Assembly: GCF_009914755.1 (NCBI RefSeq)
Contig: NC_060931.1
Strand: one strand, 5' to 3'
Source: the human T2T-CHM13v2.0 reference genome, Homo sapiens
Length of the DNA: 64,000 nucleotides
The notes under the pieces were generated by a model that was given only the letters and a program-made list of their open reading frames with translations, was not told where the DNA came from and ran no database searches. The stretch's first letter is position 1, and each line of letters starts with the position of its first letter. This document shows, piece after piece, positions 41,645 to 54,877 of this stretch. The translations under genes and the position numbers were made by a program.

Positions 41645-42244
41645 CTCTTCCTGTTTTTTTCTGAAGGCTGTTGTCCCCTAGGGGCAGAGTTGGACTCTTA
41701 ATGGGCTCAAACTTGCTGACCACTAAATTTCTGTTAGTTTTTATGAACAAGATACTGTCTTACATATTCTGGCCCTTTTAGCAGATTTTCCTTCCAGACA
41801 GTGTGGGTGGGAGGTGACCTCCTAGGACAGGACTCAACTACCTTTCTCATGTGTGAACTCTCACAGCGTTTCCTTTGTGTGGATTTGCACATGCAGACAT
41901 TTATGTGTGCGTGTGCATGTCTTACTCAAGACTGGCTGCTGGAAATGTCCAGAGTTTTAAGTTCATTATGATGCATCTGACAAGTTTTCCTCCTTGCAGG
42001 GTGGAGGGGCATGTCATACAGCCCCAGGGCTTTTTACAAGCCACCCCAAGCCCCACCATTTTTCTTTCTTTCTGATGTTTATGGACAGATAAACTTCTCT
42101 TCTTGTTACCCTTCCTGAAAACATAACATCCATTCATTTCTATTGGAATTCTACAGGGAAGGTGGCACTTGAGGAATTTGTGAATACCTGTCTTGCTCCA
42201 ACTCTCCATTGCTCTAAAAATGATGGCATTAAAGGGGATTTAGA

Positions 42245-42480
42245 CAGAATGCTGGTTAAGAGCATAGGGTCTGGAGCTAGACAAGGGGGTTCAAGTCTCA
42301 GCTACGCTAGTCTGGCCGTGTTACCTGGGTGAGGTGTTAATGTCTCTGTGCCCCTGTGCCTGGGGCTCCTTCAGGAACTGGGACAACATACCTCCTTCAT
42401 AGAGTTGCTATGTCGGGTAAATGAAGTAATCTACACAAAATGTTTCGCACAGTTCCTGGCTCAGGGTAGGGATGAAGTAA
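42245..42480 (+). mobile_element. MIR
   Basis: tggttaagagcatagggtctggagctagac...gggttcaagtctcagct...gttacctgggtgaggtgttaatgtctctgtgcc core. Confidence 0.75.
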
Positions 42481-42655
42481 ACGCACGCCTTGGTCTATGT
42501 CAGTTCTGAAGAACCGTTAAGTACATGGTTAAATTATGGATGAATATGGTTGTTTAACTTGAAAAAAATCAAAGACCAAATCCATTAGCATGTTTTGGCT
42601 GATGGTCGTGGCTAAGAAATCCATTTATTAGTAAAAAAGAATCCAGGGTTTTAGT

Positions 42656-42669
42656 GTTTCCATAGCAAC
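42656..42669. promoter_or_regulatory. Consensus RFX X-box GTTTCCATAGCAAC
   Basis: Exact match to GTTnCC-AT-RGYAAC; a second X-box-like site GTTTCCAGGGTGAC lies at 43102-43115. Motif match only, function untested. Confidence 0.5.
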
Positions 42670-43439
42670 AGAACAACAAACACTGACCCAGAAATAGGAG
42701 AAAAGTCTAAAATAAAATTGTCCTTTGAAGGCATCTTTGATTGCCTTCTCCAGGCGTGGACAGAGCCAACGCCTCCTCCCAGCGGCCTGCCCCGGCCACC
42801 TGGCCCCTCTTCCACCTGCCTGGTGCCTGCCCTCCATGGCACTGTTGCCTTCTGCATGCTGAAGACTCGCTTGCTGGTGGATTTTGGTTTGTTTATGGTT
42901 CACCTTCTGCTGCTCTTCCTGCCTAGAACAGGGTCTGGCCCATGGGGATGCTTGGTAAATAAACTAATGAACAGAGGTCAGTGGCCTGGCCATGGCCTTG
43001 ACAGGCGCCAGCTGGTGTGCACAGACCTTGTGGACACAGCATCATCAGATGTCAGAACAAGGAGCTATTCGGGAAAAATCAGAAATGAAGGAAAGTTCTG
43101 TGTTTCCAGGGTGACCGTTTGTAATTAATCACCTCTTGACCTTGTGGAAACGTCTTAGTTATTTAGTGTAAGAATTAATAGTTTGTAAGGAATCCAGATG
43201 TTCTCCTAAATTAAAATAACATACCCTACTTTTGGGTTAAACAGTAGCTATTTTTCCTCAGAGGAAAGGTTGAGTTTTAGATAGTTTCTGTGTAGGATTT
43301 CTAAAGGAACTACTTTGTAAAAATTGGGATTTACCACTTACTTTTTGGTACATTTGTGTAGTCTCTGGAATGTAGTACAAGGGCTCAAGAGAAGCCTGTA
43401 TCTCACACTGGTGGCTGTCAATACAACTAAAAACGACTT

Positions 43440-43640
43440 TGTGCTTGGCATGTACTTGGTGTATGCTTGATATGTACTTGGTGTGTGCCTGGCATGTACT
43501 TGGTGTGTACTCGGCATGCACCTGGCACGCGCTTGATGTATACTTGGCATGTGCTTGGTGTGTACTTGACATGTACTTGGCATGTGCTTGGTATGTACTC
43601 AGCATGTCCTTGGTGTGTGCTTGGCATGTACTCGGCATGT
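43440..43640. repeat. Degenerate 11-bp tandem repeat (rtgtrcttggy) x~18
   Basis: atgtacttggc / gtgtgcttggt variants repeated. Confidence 0.9.
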
Positions 43641-43899
43641 TGTTGCTGCTGTCCTAGGTGCCTCTGCATCTGGTGTCCTGGGGCTTAGAGCTGGTCCTCT
43701 CATAATCATCTTGTGTACAAGGACATTAAGGCTCAGGGAACGTGGGGGACCTGCCCAAGCTACATGGGCAGAGGAGCTGTGGCTGCTCCTCCAGCTCCTG
43801 GGTCACCCTGGGACACCTGAAGGGGGTCCTGCTGGGAGCTCCCAGGGAACCCATCTGAAACGCAGCCTGGTTCACTGAAGGGCCTGACTTTAACCAGGC

Positions 43900-44644
43900 T
43901 GATATGGTTTGGATTTTGTCCCTGCCTAAATCTCATGTCCAACTGTAATCCTCAGTGTTGGAAGTGAGGTCTGGTGGGTGGTGATTGGATCATGGGGTGG
44001 ATTTCCCCTTTGCTGTTCTTGTGATAGTGAGTGTATTACTCCATCTCACACTGCTATAAGGAGCTTCCCTGAGACTGGGGAGTTTATAAAGGAAAGAGGT
44101 TTAATTGAATCATAGTTCCACATGGCTGGGGAGGCCTCAGGAAACTTACAATCATGGTAGAAGGGGAAGTAGGCACATCTTACATGGCAGCAGGCGAGAG
44201 ACAGCGTGTGAAGGAGGAACTGTCAAACACTTATAAAACCATCAGCTCTCACGAGGACTCCCTCACTATCATGAAAACAGCATGGGGGAAACCGCCCCTA
44301 TGATCCAGTCACCTCCCACCAGGTCCTTGACATGTGGGGATTACAATTCGGAATGAGAGCTGGGTGGGGACACAGAGCCAAACCATATCAGTGAGTGAGT
44401 TCTCAGGAGACCTGGTGTTTGAAAGTGTGTGGCACCTCCTTTTCTCTCTTCTTCTTCCTGCTCTGGCCATGGAAGACATGCCTCCTTCCTCTTTGCCCTC
44501 TGCCATGATCAAAAATTTCCTGAGGCCTCCCCAGCCATCCTTCCCATACAGCCTGAGGAAGTGTAAGCCAATTAAATCTCTTTTCTTTATACAATACCCA
44601 GTCTCAGGTATTTCTTTATAGCAATGTGAGAACAGACTAATATA
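43900..44644 (+). mobile_element. MST-family solo LTR (outer), split by a nested LTR
   Basis: tgatatggtttgg start, gagaacagactaatata end, TSD caggc on both sides. Confidence 0.88.
44032..44390 (-). mobile_element. MST/THE1-family solo LTR nested antisense inside the outer MST LTR
   Basis: tgtattac...gacacagagccaaaccatatca, flanked by 5-bp TSD gtgag (44027-44031, 44391-44395). Confidence 0.9.
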
Positions 44645-45609
44645 CAGGCTGATGGCTTCAGCTGAGGAAGTGAGTGAGGGTAACAGTGTGATATCAGTGC
44701 CTCCAATAGTGGCTCATCTTACTTGAGATTGGCAGCTGTGCCTGAGGGGATTGGTGTGGATAACCGGTCTTGGGGCTTGTGAACATATACAACTCCTAAG
44801 TTGTGAATAAAAATGGTCACAGCACCCGAGCTGTGGTGCTGTTCATTCCTCTGGGATTTTTCATACAGGACTCATAAGAGTGCTGTGTGAGAACAACCAG
44901 GAATGCTGCAAAAACACTCGTAGGTTTTCTTTCTCCCCGCCCCCCACCATCTTATTTTTTGCTTTTATTTCCTCAAAACACTTTGTGAGCATTTGTTATT
45001 GAAAATAGATTGTTCTCCAAGATGCAGATGGTCAGCTGGGGACACTGGTGGGGGTGACGCACCACATGTATTTTCAATATAATGTAAGAGTCTGAGCTTT
45101 AGACTGTCTTGTAAGATCTCCTGTGGACTGATGATATTTTTTTCAAAACCGAAGTATCATTACATTTGTTTGCAGTTTTAAGATAAAAAGGTCATTGCCA
45201 AAAGATGTTTTTCACTGATATTATCTGGGATGAACATTGTGACCTGGCAGGGTAGGTAGGGCAGGCACGTTGCCTTGGGCTCACCTGTGCTATGGGGGTG
45301 TGAAGGAGTTGGAGGTCCCATGAGCACTGGGGCTCACCCCGCACCTTTCCTTCCTGTGGATGCCTTTCCCTTCTTCTGGGGATGTACTCTACTAGTTTGT
45401 ATAATGGTTCGCATGTGTAAGTGACCTTACTATATTTAATATGGGGACAGGGTAGGGTGGAAACTAATATCTACAATTATCTTTATGTTGCCTTCATTTT
45501 TGGGAGATATTTCCTTTGGACGTTAAATTCTAGATTGGCGTTTTTCCTTTCAGCTCTGTAGAGGTGTCTTCTGTGGTCTTCAGTGTCCATTGTTTCTGGT
45601 AAGAGGTTT

Positions 45610-46141
45610 TGTAGAAAGTAAAAAGTTTCCTCTTCAAAGTTTCCCTTGTTAAATAATAAATCATAAGTGTTAGAAGTAATAGTTTCTTTTAAAGACTAAC
45701 TTCCTTCAAGCCTCCTTGCTTTGTGCTAATTACTCTTTGTTGAGTCCTATCCTACGTAGCTGTTGGACATCCAGCTCACAGCCTATGCCTCTTCCTTATT
45801 TGGAAATGTTATTGCTTCTTTAAATCTTTCGCAAGCAACTTCCTCTTTTCCTTTGTTCTTCCTTGCATTTACCTATTTAAGAAAGTTTTAGGTTGTTAGC
45901 AAATCAGGTATCATTTTAGACTGTGAGGTCTGGCTCCAGGCAATGGATGCAGGACACAGTAGTAAGGATGACCCAAATGCGTAAGGGATACATATGTCTG
46001 CTTTTCCTTTGTTTGGTGTACTCTTGTGGCAAAACTGCTGGCGAGAGTACCCTTTCTGCAGAAAGTAAAAATTGCCTTGCTCAGAGAATTTAAGTTCAAG
46101 TGCTATTTCTTTGTGGCACTGGGGAACAGGCATTGCTAACA
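45610..46141. mobile_element. ERV1 solo LTR (LTR10-like) inserted in an antisense L1M fragment (~45470-46325)
   Basis: TG...CA termini (tgtagaaagtaaaaagtttcctcttcaaag ... gcattgctaaca), TSD ggttt on both sides. Subfamily recalled, not verified. Confidence 0.78.
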
Positions 46142-46325
46142 GGTTTCCTGTTTGTCATTATTATTGTTTCCCTCCACGAAATACATCTTTTTTTCTGGTT
46201 AATTGTAAGCTTTTGCTTTTTTTTTTTTTTTTTAATTTTCAGTGGTTTGACCATGATGTAATTAGATGTTTTATTTTTTGTTGATTTGTCCTTGTTTGGG
46301 GTTTTCTGAGCTTCTTAAATCTGTT

Positions 46326-47402
<1,077 letters not shown>

Positions 47403-47602
47403 GTTCAGAAAGTGCGTAAGAGGAGAGGGGAGGGGCGCCAGCTGAGAACACTGTTCTGGCCGCAGTACCGTTACTGCTGAGGTTATACTTGGATGACTGA
47501 GGGATAAAGGCAGATGAAAATTAGCCACACCGACAGAGGAGAAACACACCCACTGGGGCCGGGCAAACTGTCCAAGGCATACTGTCCAGAAGTAACAGCT
47601 CC

Positions 47603-47862
47603 TCACTTGAGCCCAGGAGTTCAGGACCAGCCTGGGCAACACGGTGAGACCCCCCTCAACAAAAAAATCGAAAATGAGCCAGGTGTGGTGGTGCACGTCT
47701 GTGGTCCCAGCTACTCGGGGCTGGGGTGGGAGGACTGCCTGAGCCTGGGAGGTTGAGGCTGCAGTGAGCTGTAATTGCACCACTGCACTCCAGCCAGGGT
47801 GCAGTGCTCCAGACATAGCAAAACCCTGTCTCAAAAAAATAAATACATAAAAAAAGAAATAA
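47603..47862 (+). mobile_element. 5'-truncated Alu (AluJ-like)
   Basis: TSD cagaagtaacag at 47587-47598 and 47863-47874. Confidence 0.9.
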
Positions 47863-47946
47863 CAGAAGTAACAGTCCCCCCTGGACATTAAGGATGTGAC
47901 TTCCTTCCCGTTCATCCCTTCTCACTGGCTTGGTAACTGGATCTAA

Positions 47947-48253
<307 letters not shown>

Positions 48254-48899
48254 TGATATTGCTGTTTTCAAGGTTGGCAGGCCAGAAGCCTGGGCTAAGG
48301 CACTCAGACAAGCCCCTCCCCTGCCTACCTGGTCACCACCATTCATAGTGATCATTCATCTGTGGTGAGAGGTGGGCAGCAGATGAATCTGAAATGGAAA
48401 TACTCAATGCATAACTTTTTGGAGGTTTTTACAAAAGCAGACACTGTGGCCAGTTCATTCAATAATTTTTTTTTATTTCAGATACTGTATTTTTCATTTC
48501 TAGAATATCCTTTTTAAAGAAAAGTTTCTAAATATCTTCTGAAATTTCTTAGCATTATAACTATCTTTTCCTGTAGAATCTTCAACATATTTATCATTGT
48601 TATTTCAAAGCTCTTTTCTACTAATTAGAACATCATGGTCATTGGTGGGTCTCCTTCTACTGACTGATTTTTCTCTTATGTATAAGTCACATTTTTCTGT
48701 TTGTTCAGGAATTTACAAATTATATACTGTATATAGGGCTTAGGATATCATAGAGACTAGATTTAACTTCTTTTAACTTCATGTCTTGTTTTTTTAGGTT
48801 TTAATATGTTTCTGGCATCAAAAATATTGTATCGGAATGTCAAGTTCCTACTAAAGACAGATTTTTCTTGATTTTAAGCATCATCAGCCTAACTCAAAC

Positions 48900-49737
48900 A
48901 GAAATGAATTTATACTGAGGACCTGGGTAGCCTGCAACATCATGGGAGAGCTGTAGAGCAAGAGTGGTGCAAACAGGCGGGAGCCAAGGGGGCTGGGAGG
49001 CAGGAAAACTTGCTTAGTGCATTGCAACTCACTTCACGTTTACAGACGTCTCTTACTACCTCTGGACACTGACCACTGCCAGTGCCCCTGGATCCTGGAC
49101 ACCAGTGGTATAAGTGGAAACTTGCCACCTCTCCCCTACCTTTGAGCAATTTCCTAACTGTCCCCACAGAAGCATTCAATTGACAGCCCAAGTCACATGA
49201 CAACGCCCTGGGCGCCAGAGGGCAGGGAGCTGGATGGCCTGGTTTCCACCTAACTAGCCTTGCAACATGGGGAGGGCTTTCACACACAATCCCCTTGCTC
49301 TGCCTTATCCTGAGTCTGCATGTTTTTGGTGGGTGTGTCAAGGAGTCAAGGCTCTGATAATCTTTACTTGGGCCATTTTTTGGGGGTAGCGTTTGCAGGG
49401 AACAACCCTGAGGATAGGGATAATATCTCTCTCTGGACAAAGAACAGGCCCACTTACTGCTCCCTGTAAGGGCAGTAGATTCCCCAAGCCCACTGCCCCT
49501 CAGCTGCAATGCTGACCTATGTGTGTACAGCATCCCTGTGGGCCCTTCATGCCATGCCTATGGACTAGGGGGCCTAGAAAACTGGTCAACACAGTGCTCA
49601 TGCTGCTGGCTGTGCCGTGGGTCATAATGAAGTCCTTTGTCTCTGATCCAGGAGTCTTGTGTCTTCTGCCAGTCTCTGTGGAACAGTGACAAGTGGACTG
49701 TGAGCTTGTGAGCAGGCAAAATGGAAGGCCCTGACAT
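48900..49737 (+). mobile_element. MER21-like LTR remnant (approximate start)
   Basis: 3' end agtcctttgtctctgatccaggagtcttgtgtcttctgccag...ccctgaca resembles recalled MER21 consensus. Confidence 0.5.
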
Positions 49738-49898
49738 CTCTTTGTCCAGTTGTCTCAGGTGTCAACAGCATCTCTAAATACATACCTGTCTCATCTGTTT
49801 CTCAGTACTGAAGATTCAATTGTTATCCAGGAGATTTTTCTAAACTATAATGTATGAAATGTTAAGAGATGTCTTAGGAAATTCTTTTTTAAAAGTTT

Positions 49899-50411
49899 GT
49901 GTGTGGAAAGATGACAGCAATAATCCTCTCCCATCTGTCAGCTTACCCCTATGCAGTGCAACTCTGCCACTCTTCCCATCAAGTTTATTTCTTCACCTCT
50001 TGAATCTGATGTGTCCATGCAATTTGCCTTAGTTAATGTGATGTTAGCAAATTTAACCCAAGAAAAGCAGAGGCTGGAAAAAGGCCAGCACATTGAGGCT
50101 GTCTTCCTTTTGCTGTGTGTGGGGACCTGAGACCATGATGCAAGCAGATATGATCTCCTCTGCTGCAGAGGCCTGGAGAGCTGTGGTTCCCCTGCCAGCA
50201 CCTGCAAGTCTCACTCACCAGACCATCCCTGACCAGCCATCCCCAGCTGGGTACATCTGAAGCTGTGAGAATGTCCCAGCTAGAAAGCATATGAACCACA
50301 TGGCTGAGCCCAACCCAAACTGCCGACCCACAGCCTTGTGAGCAAATAAAGTGGCTGTTTTATGCCCCTTCCTTTTGGTATCATGTGTTTTGCAGTGATG
50401 GGTAACATACT
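49899..50411 (+). mobile_element. MLT1-family MaLR LTR
   Basis: gctgagcccaacccaaactgccgacccacagccttgtgagcaaataaagtggctgttttatgcc is a typical MLT1 3' end. Confidence 0.7.
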
Positions 50412-51364
50412 TAAGATAAATTAACAAATTTCAATGGATTCTAAGATGCTCATTTGAACATCTTAATGCTTTTAAAGTTGTGATGTGTCTTATAATTCCA
50501 TGGCATGCCATAGTTTTATTAGCAGTGATTATTGTTCTTTCAAAAGTACACGTCTTTCAATCAATAGCTTCTGAAACTCAATAAAATACAGTTTTGGAAA
50601 TACTGTGCTAAAAATAGAGAATTTCATATATTGCAGAACTTTTCAGAGACTTTAGTAGGTTAACGTGGAGTGTGACTCTCCAAAAGAAAGTGGAGTAATA
50701 CAGTAATAAATAATATATAACTTATATGAACATATGACATGTATACTGAAGTAAATAAAAATTCCCCAAACCACAGGACCACGCCCCATCAATTTTTTGC
50801 TTGTAGTTCCTACTGATATTTCAGAGGAGCCCAATTCAGGAATTTGGGATCAAACATCCCTTCTCTCCAGTCAAAGTAATTCATATACTGGTTTCTTGAC
50901 TTAGATGGCCTAAAATGTCAGAGAACATATTCTGAAAACAGTGCAGGAAAAAAGAAAAGGAATAAAGGAAAAATTGAAACAGGAATGCCTTGCCTAGAAC
51001 AAAGACAACAATGTGCAAATCTAAAAGAGAAAATCAAAGGTTAGTGATTTTGTTGTTAATGTTTCAAGATATGTTCCCTTTGACTAACAATAATTGAAGC
51101 CTCTACATTAAAAATGACACCAAAACTCTTACATTGGCTCTACTTTGTCAGAATTGTGAGAAGAAGCTTTTACTGTTAGTTGGTAATAAATAAAAACTCT
51201 CTCCATAAGACAAATACGCATTTTCACAGTGGGAGAAAATTAAAATTCACTCCTGGAAGAGCAATTTCAAATTGGAGGCATTTATATCCCATTAGCAAAA
51301 AGTTAACATATCCGGAATAATGATGTCTGAAATATTTTTTTATGACCCAGAAATGGTATTTCCT

Positions 51365-51670
51365 TTTTTTTTTTTTTTTTTTTTTGAGACAGAGTCTCGC
51401 TCTTTCGCCCAGGCCAGAGTGCAGTGGTGCAATCTCGGCTCACTGCAAGTGCCACCCCCCGGGGTTCACACCATTCTCCTGCCTCAGCCTCCGGAGTAGC
51501 TGGGACTACAGGCACCTGCCACCACGCCCAGCTAATTTTTTGTGGTTTTTTTAGTAGAGACGGGGTTTCACCTTGTTAACCAGGAAGGTCTCGATCTCCT
51601 GACCTCGTGATCCGGCCGCCTCGGCCTCCCAAAGTGCTGGGATTACAGGCGTGAGCCACCAGGCCCGGCC
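51365..51670 (-). mobile_element. Alu (AluY-like), antisense
   Basis: Long T tract; perfect 15-bp TSD cagaaatggtatttc (51348-51362, 51671-51685). Confidence 0.96.
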
Positions 51671-51702
51671 CAGAAATGGTATTTCTACTTTATGCAGTAG
51701 GA

Positions 51703-51974
51703 TTGAGTTTTGCTCTGTTGCCCAGGCTTGAGTGCAGTGGTGAGACCATGGTGCACTGCAGCCACAAACTCCTGGGCTCAAGTGATCCTCCCAGCTTAGC
51801 CTCCCAGACCACGAACACTGCCACCATGCCCCGCTAATGTTTTAATGAAATGGTGGGTTTCTGTAGAGATGGGATGTTATGTTGTCCAGGCTGGTCTCAA
51901 CCTCCTGGCCTCGGGCCTCCCACCTCGGCCTCCCAAAGCCGTGGGATTACAGGGGTGAGCCACTGTGCTCAGCT
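51703..51974 (-). mobile_element. Alu (AluJ-like), antisense
   Basis: Diverged reverse-complement dimer. Confidence 0.85.
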
Positions 51975-52269
51975 ACCTAGTATTATTTCTAAAGCACTCA
52001 AGATCTTTATGGTAATATAAAATATATTAAAATCTCAGAATATTAGTATTGGAAGGCGCCTGGTAGTCAGCAGGTTAATCTCTTCTGCTAAAGCCCTAGC
52101 GGACCTTCCCTGACCCCCGCCGTGATGAGAGCCCCCCATTTCATGACATAACACGTCCTCTTTAGCAGATGCTTTCTTTATAAGTGTGACTTATGTTAGA
52201 AAAGGTTTACCGTTTTTCCATTTCAAAAGTAATCCATGGTCATTAGGGGTAGGAGGAGGAGGAAGAGAG

Positions 52270-53712
52270 AGGCCTCCGGAGCCGGCTCCCCGAGGGCGCG
52301 GCGCGTCCGTGGCCCAGGTGTCCTCGCGAGGCTGCACGCCGGGTAACCGCGCACCCATCGCCTTGCCATGGTAACCGGGGCTTCCCGGTGACCGCCAGCT
52401 CGCGCCACCCCTGCTCTTCAGCGGCCTCCGAAGGTGCCTAGAAGCCTGTGAGCTCAGCGCCCAGGCAGGTCTCCCTTCCTCAGGCCGCGGAGCCTCGCTC
52501 TGCACAGTAGGGGGCGGGCTGTTCCTTTCCGGCCTGAGGAGGCCCGTGGCTTCCCGCGCCGACGTTTGACGTGTGGCAGGGACCCGGTTAGCGTTTCTGC
52601 ATCTCAGATGGAGATGTGTGCTGTGCAGAGGCCGTGGCTGGGGCGCCACGAGGCTGCCCGACTGCAGGCGCCCGGCGGAACCCTCGCTCAGGCCCGGCTC
52701 AGTCTCAGGGCAGGCGCGGTCCCTCGCCCAGGCCCCCCACCCGCCTCTCCGCGCCCCCCACCCTCGCCCAGGCCCCCCACCCGCCTCTCCGCGCCCCCCA
52801 CCCTCGCCCAGGCCCCCCACCCGCCTCTCCGCGCCCCCCACCCTCGCCCAGGCCCCCCCCCGCCTCTCCGCGCCCCCCACCCTCGCCCAGGCCCCCCCCC
52901 CCGCCTCTCCGCGCCCCCCACCCTCGCCCAGGCCCCCCCCCCCGCCTCTCCGCGCCCCCCACCCTCGCCCAGGCCCCCCCACCCGCCTCTCCGCGCCCCC
53001 ACCCTCGCCCAGGCCCCCCACCCGCCTCTCCGCGCCCCCCACCCTCGCCCAGGCCCCCCACCCGCCTCTCTGTGCCCCCCATCCTTGCACCCCGCGCTGT
53101 CCCCGGCGGTCTGGCCTGGCGTCTGGAGCTCCGGGAGCGCCTGTCCTCCCAGGGCCGATGCCAGCGCCCGCCCTCCGCGTTCCCGGCATTGACAGAATGT
53201 CCAGGCGCGCAGGGCCCGTGGGTGGGGCCTGGGCACCCGGCCCTGCCCTCGCGCACCCTCCAGACCCGCCACTTCTTAGATAGAGAGCGGCCGCCTCCCC
53301 GCCCTCCTTTCAGCCACTCGCTCCGCGCAGTCAGCTCTGCTGACTCTTCCGGAGGATTCTGGAAGGTTCCAGAGGGTGTGCCGCCGAGGCCCTGCGAGAG
53401 GGCGTTCCCTGGGGAGAACATTCCAGAGCAAGGTAACATCCATAAACGGAGGCTGAAACGGCCTGAGACGTCCCGGGAGTAACGAAGACCCCAAGGCGGC
53501 CCCAACTTGAGGGGGGCGAGGTAGCCAGGAATGGGGGGGTGGTGGGAGGGACGGGAAGGCAAACGCGCTGCCTGCTGGGGACGGACGCGCCTTGGGGCAG
53601 CCGGGGAGGCCCCGAACGCAGAGATGGGGGAGGCCAGGCGGGTGGGGAGGAGCCCGCGGGGCCGCCAAGGGGGTTCCAGGCAGGCAAGGCCGCCCGGCCT
53701 CGGGGCTCTGCG
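52270..53712. promoter_or_regulatory. CpG island with no identifiable coding exon; candidate promoter or enhancer
   Basis: Very high GC and undepleted CpG on both sides of the VNTR, GC boxes (ggggcggg at ~52510), X-box-like CTTGCCATGGTAAC at 52362-52375. Confidence 0.8.
52721..53085. repeat. C-rich VNTR, ~40-bp unit (ccctcgcccaggccccccacccgcctctccgcgcccccca) x9
   Basis: Units at 52721, 52761, 52801, 52841 and onward, varying in C-run length. Confidence 0.96.
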
Positions 53713-53721
53713 GCACCCAGG

Positions 53722-53922
<201 letters not shown>

Positions 53923-54109
53923 TAGTAGACTTCTTAGCTTTGTTGGACATTTTTAAAACAGAAGAGGCTGCCCAGCTGTGAATATCTCATTTCTTATGAT
54001 ACTCATCCATAGTCAGAAGAACCAAGGCAGAAACTGAGGATGCTTGTTGTAAAGTTGGGCTAAGAATACACCCCAGAGCCATGATAGACATAGACTCTGA
54101 AAGAAAGGC

Positions 54110-54451
54110 AGATCTGGAACTAATAAGCAATTATAGCAAGGTCGCAGGAAACAAGGCTAATATGTAAAAGTCAGTCGCTTTCCTATGTACTACAAATGAG
54201 CGAGTGGAATTTGAAAATAAAAACATAATACCATTTACTGAAAATGAAATACTGAGGTATAAATCTAACAAAGTATGTACAAGAGCTATATGAGGAAAAC
54301 TACAAAACTCTGATGAAATAAGTCAAAGAAGGACTAAATGAAAGGAGAGATATTCCATATTCATGGTCAGGAAGACTCACTATCATCAGAGGTCAATTTC
54401 TCACAAATTCATCCATAGATTTAATGCAATACCAACAACAATTCCAACAAG
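54110..54451 (+). mobile_element. L1 ORF2 fragment
   Basis: tagcaaggtcgcagga...aaatctaacaaagtatgtacaagagctatatgaggaaaactacaaaactctgatgaaa. Confidence 0.85.
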
Positions 54452-54452
54452 T

Positions 54453-54650
54453 TGTTCCCGAACACCAGGGGTTCTGTCCAGGTCATGCTGCCCACTGCAC
54501 AAAAAGCCCCCAGTCTCTGAGACAAAGAGAGTTGCCGGGGAAGAAGGCTTTATTCTATTACAGGCGGTGTCAGCTGGAGAGACAGGAGTCAAAACTCAAA
54601 TCCGTCCCGCCTTCCCGGCTAAAGTCAGGGGTTTACATAGCTGGGAAGGA
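54453..54650 (-). mobile_element. ERV1-type LTR fragment
   Basis: tgttcccgaacaccaggggttc... start with gctttattc (antisense AATAAA); family uncertain. Confidence 0.45.
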
Positions 54651-54668
54651 AGACAGGAGGGGCAAAGA

Positions 54669-54796
54669 GGGGAGGTGCGTGGGTGGAGCACGGAGGGGAG
54701 GTGCGTGGGTGGAGCACGGAGGGGAGGTGCGTGGGTGGAGCACGGAGGGGAGGTGCGTGGGTGGAGCACGGAGGGGAGGTGCATGGGTGGAGCACA
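54669..54796. repeat. G-rich minisatellite, 26-bp unit (ggggaggtgcgtgggtggagcacgga) x5
   Basis: Units at 54669, 54695, 54721, 54747 and 54773. Confidence 0.95.
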
Positions 54797-54877
54797 GGAT
54801 ATTTTTGGGACGGTGGAACAACTCTATGATACTATAATGGAGGATGTGTGTCATTACACATGTAGCCAAACCTACAT

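Noticed and set aside
41128-41681. Cys/Val/Met- or His/Thr-rich ORFs
   Set aside because: Translation of the (TG/TA)n low-complexity tract; the same applies to 43258-43688.
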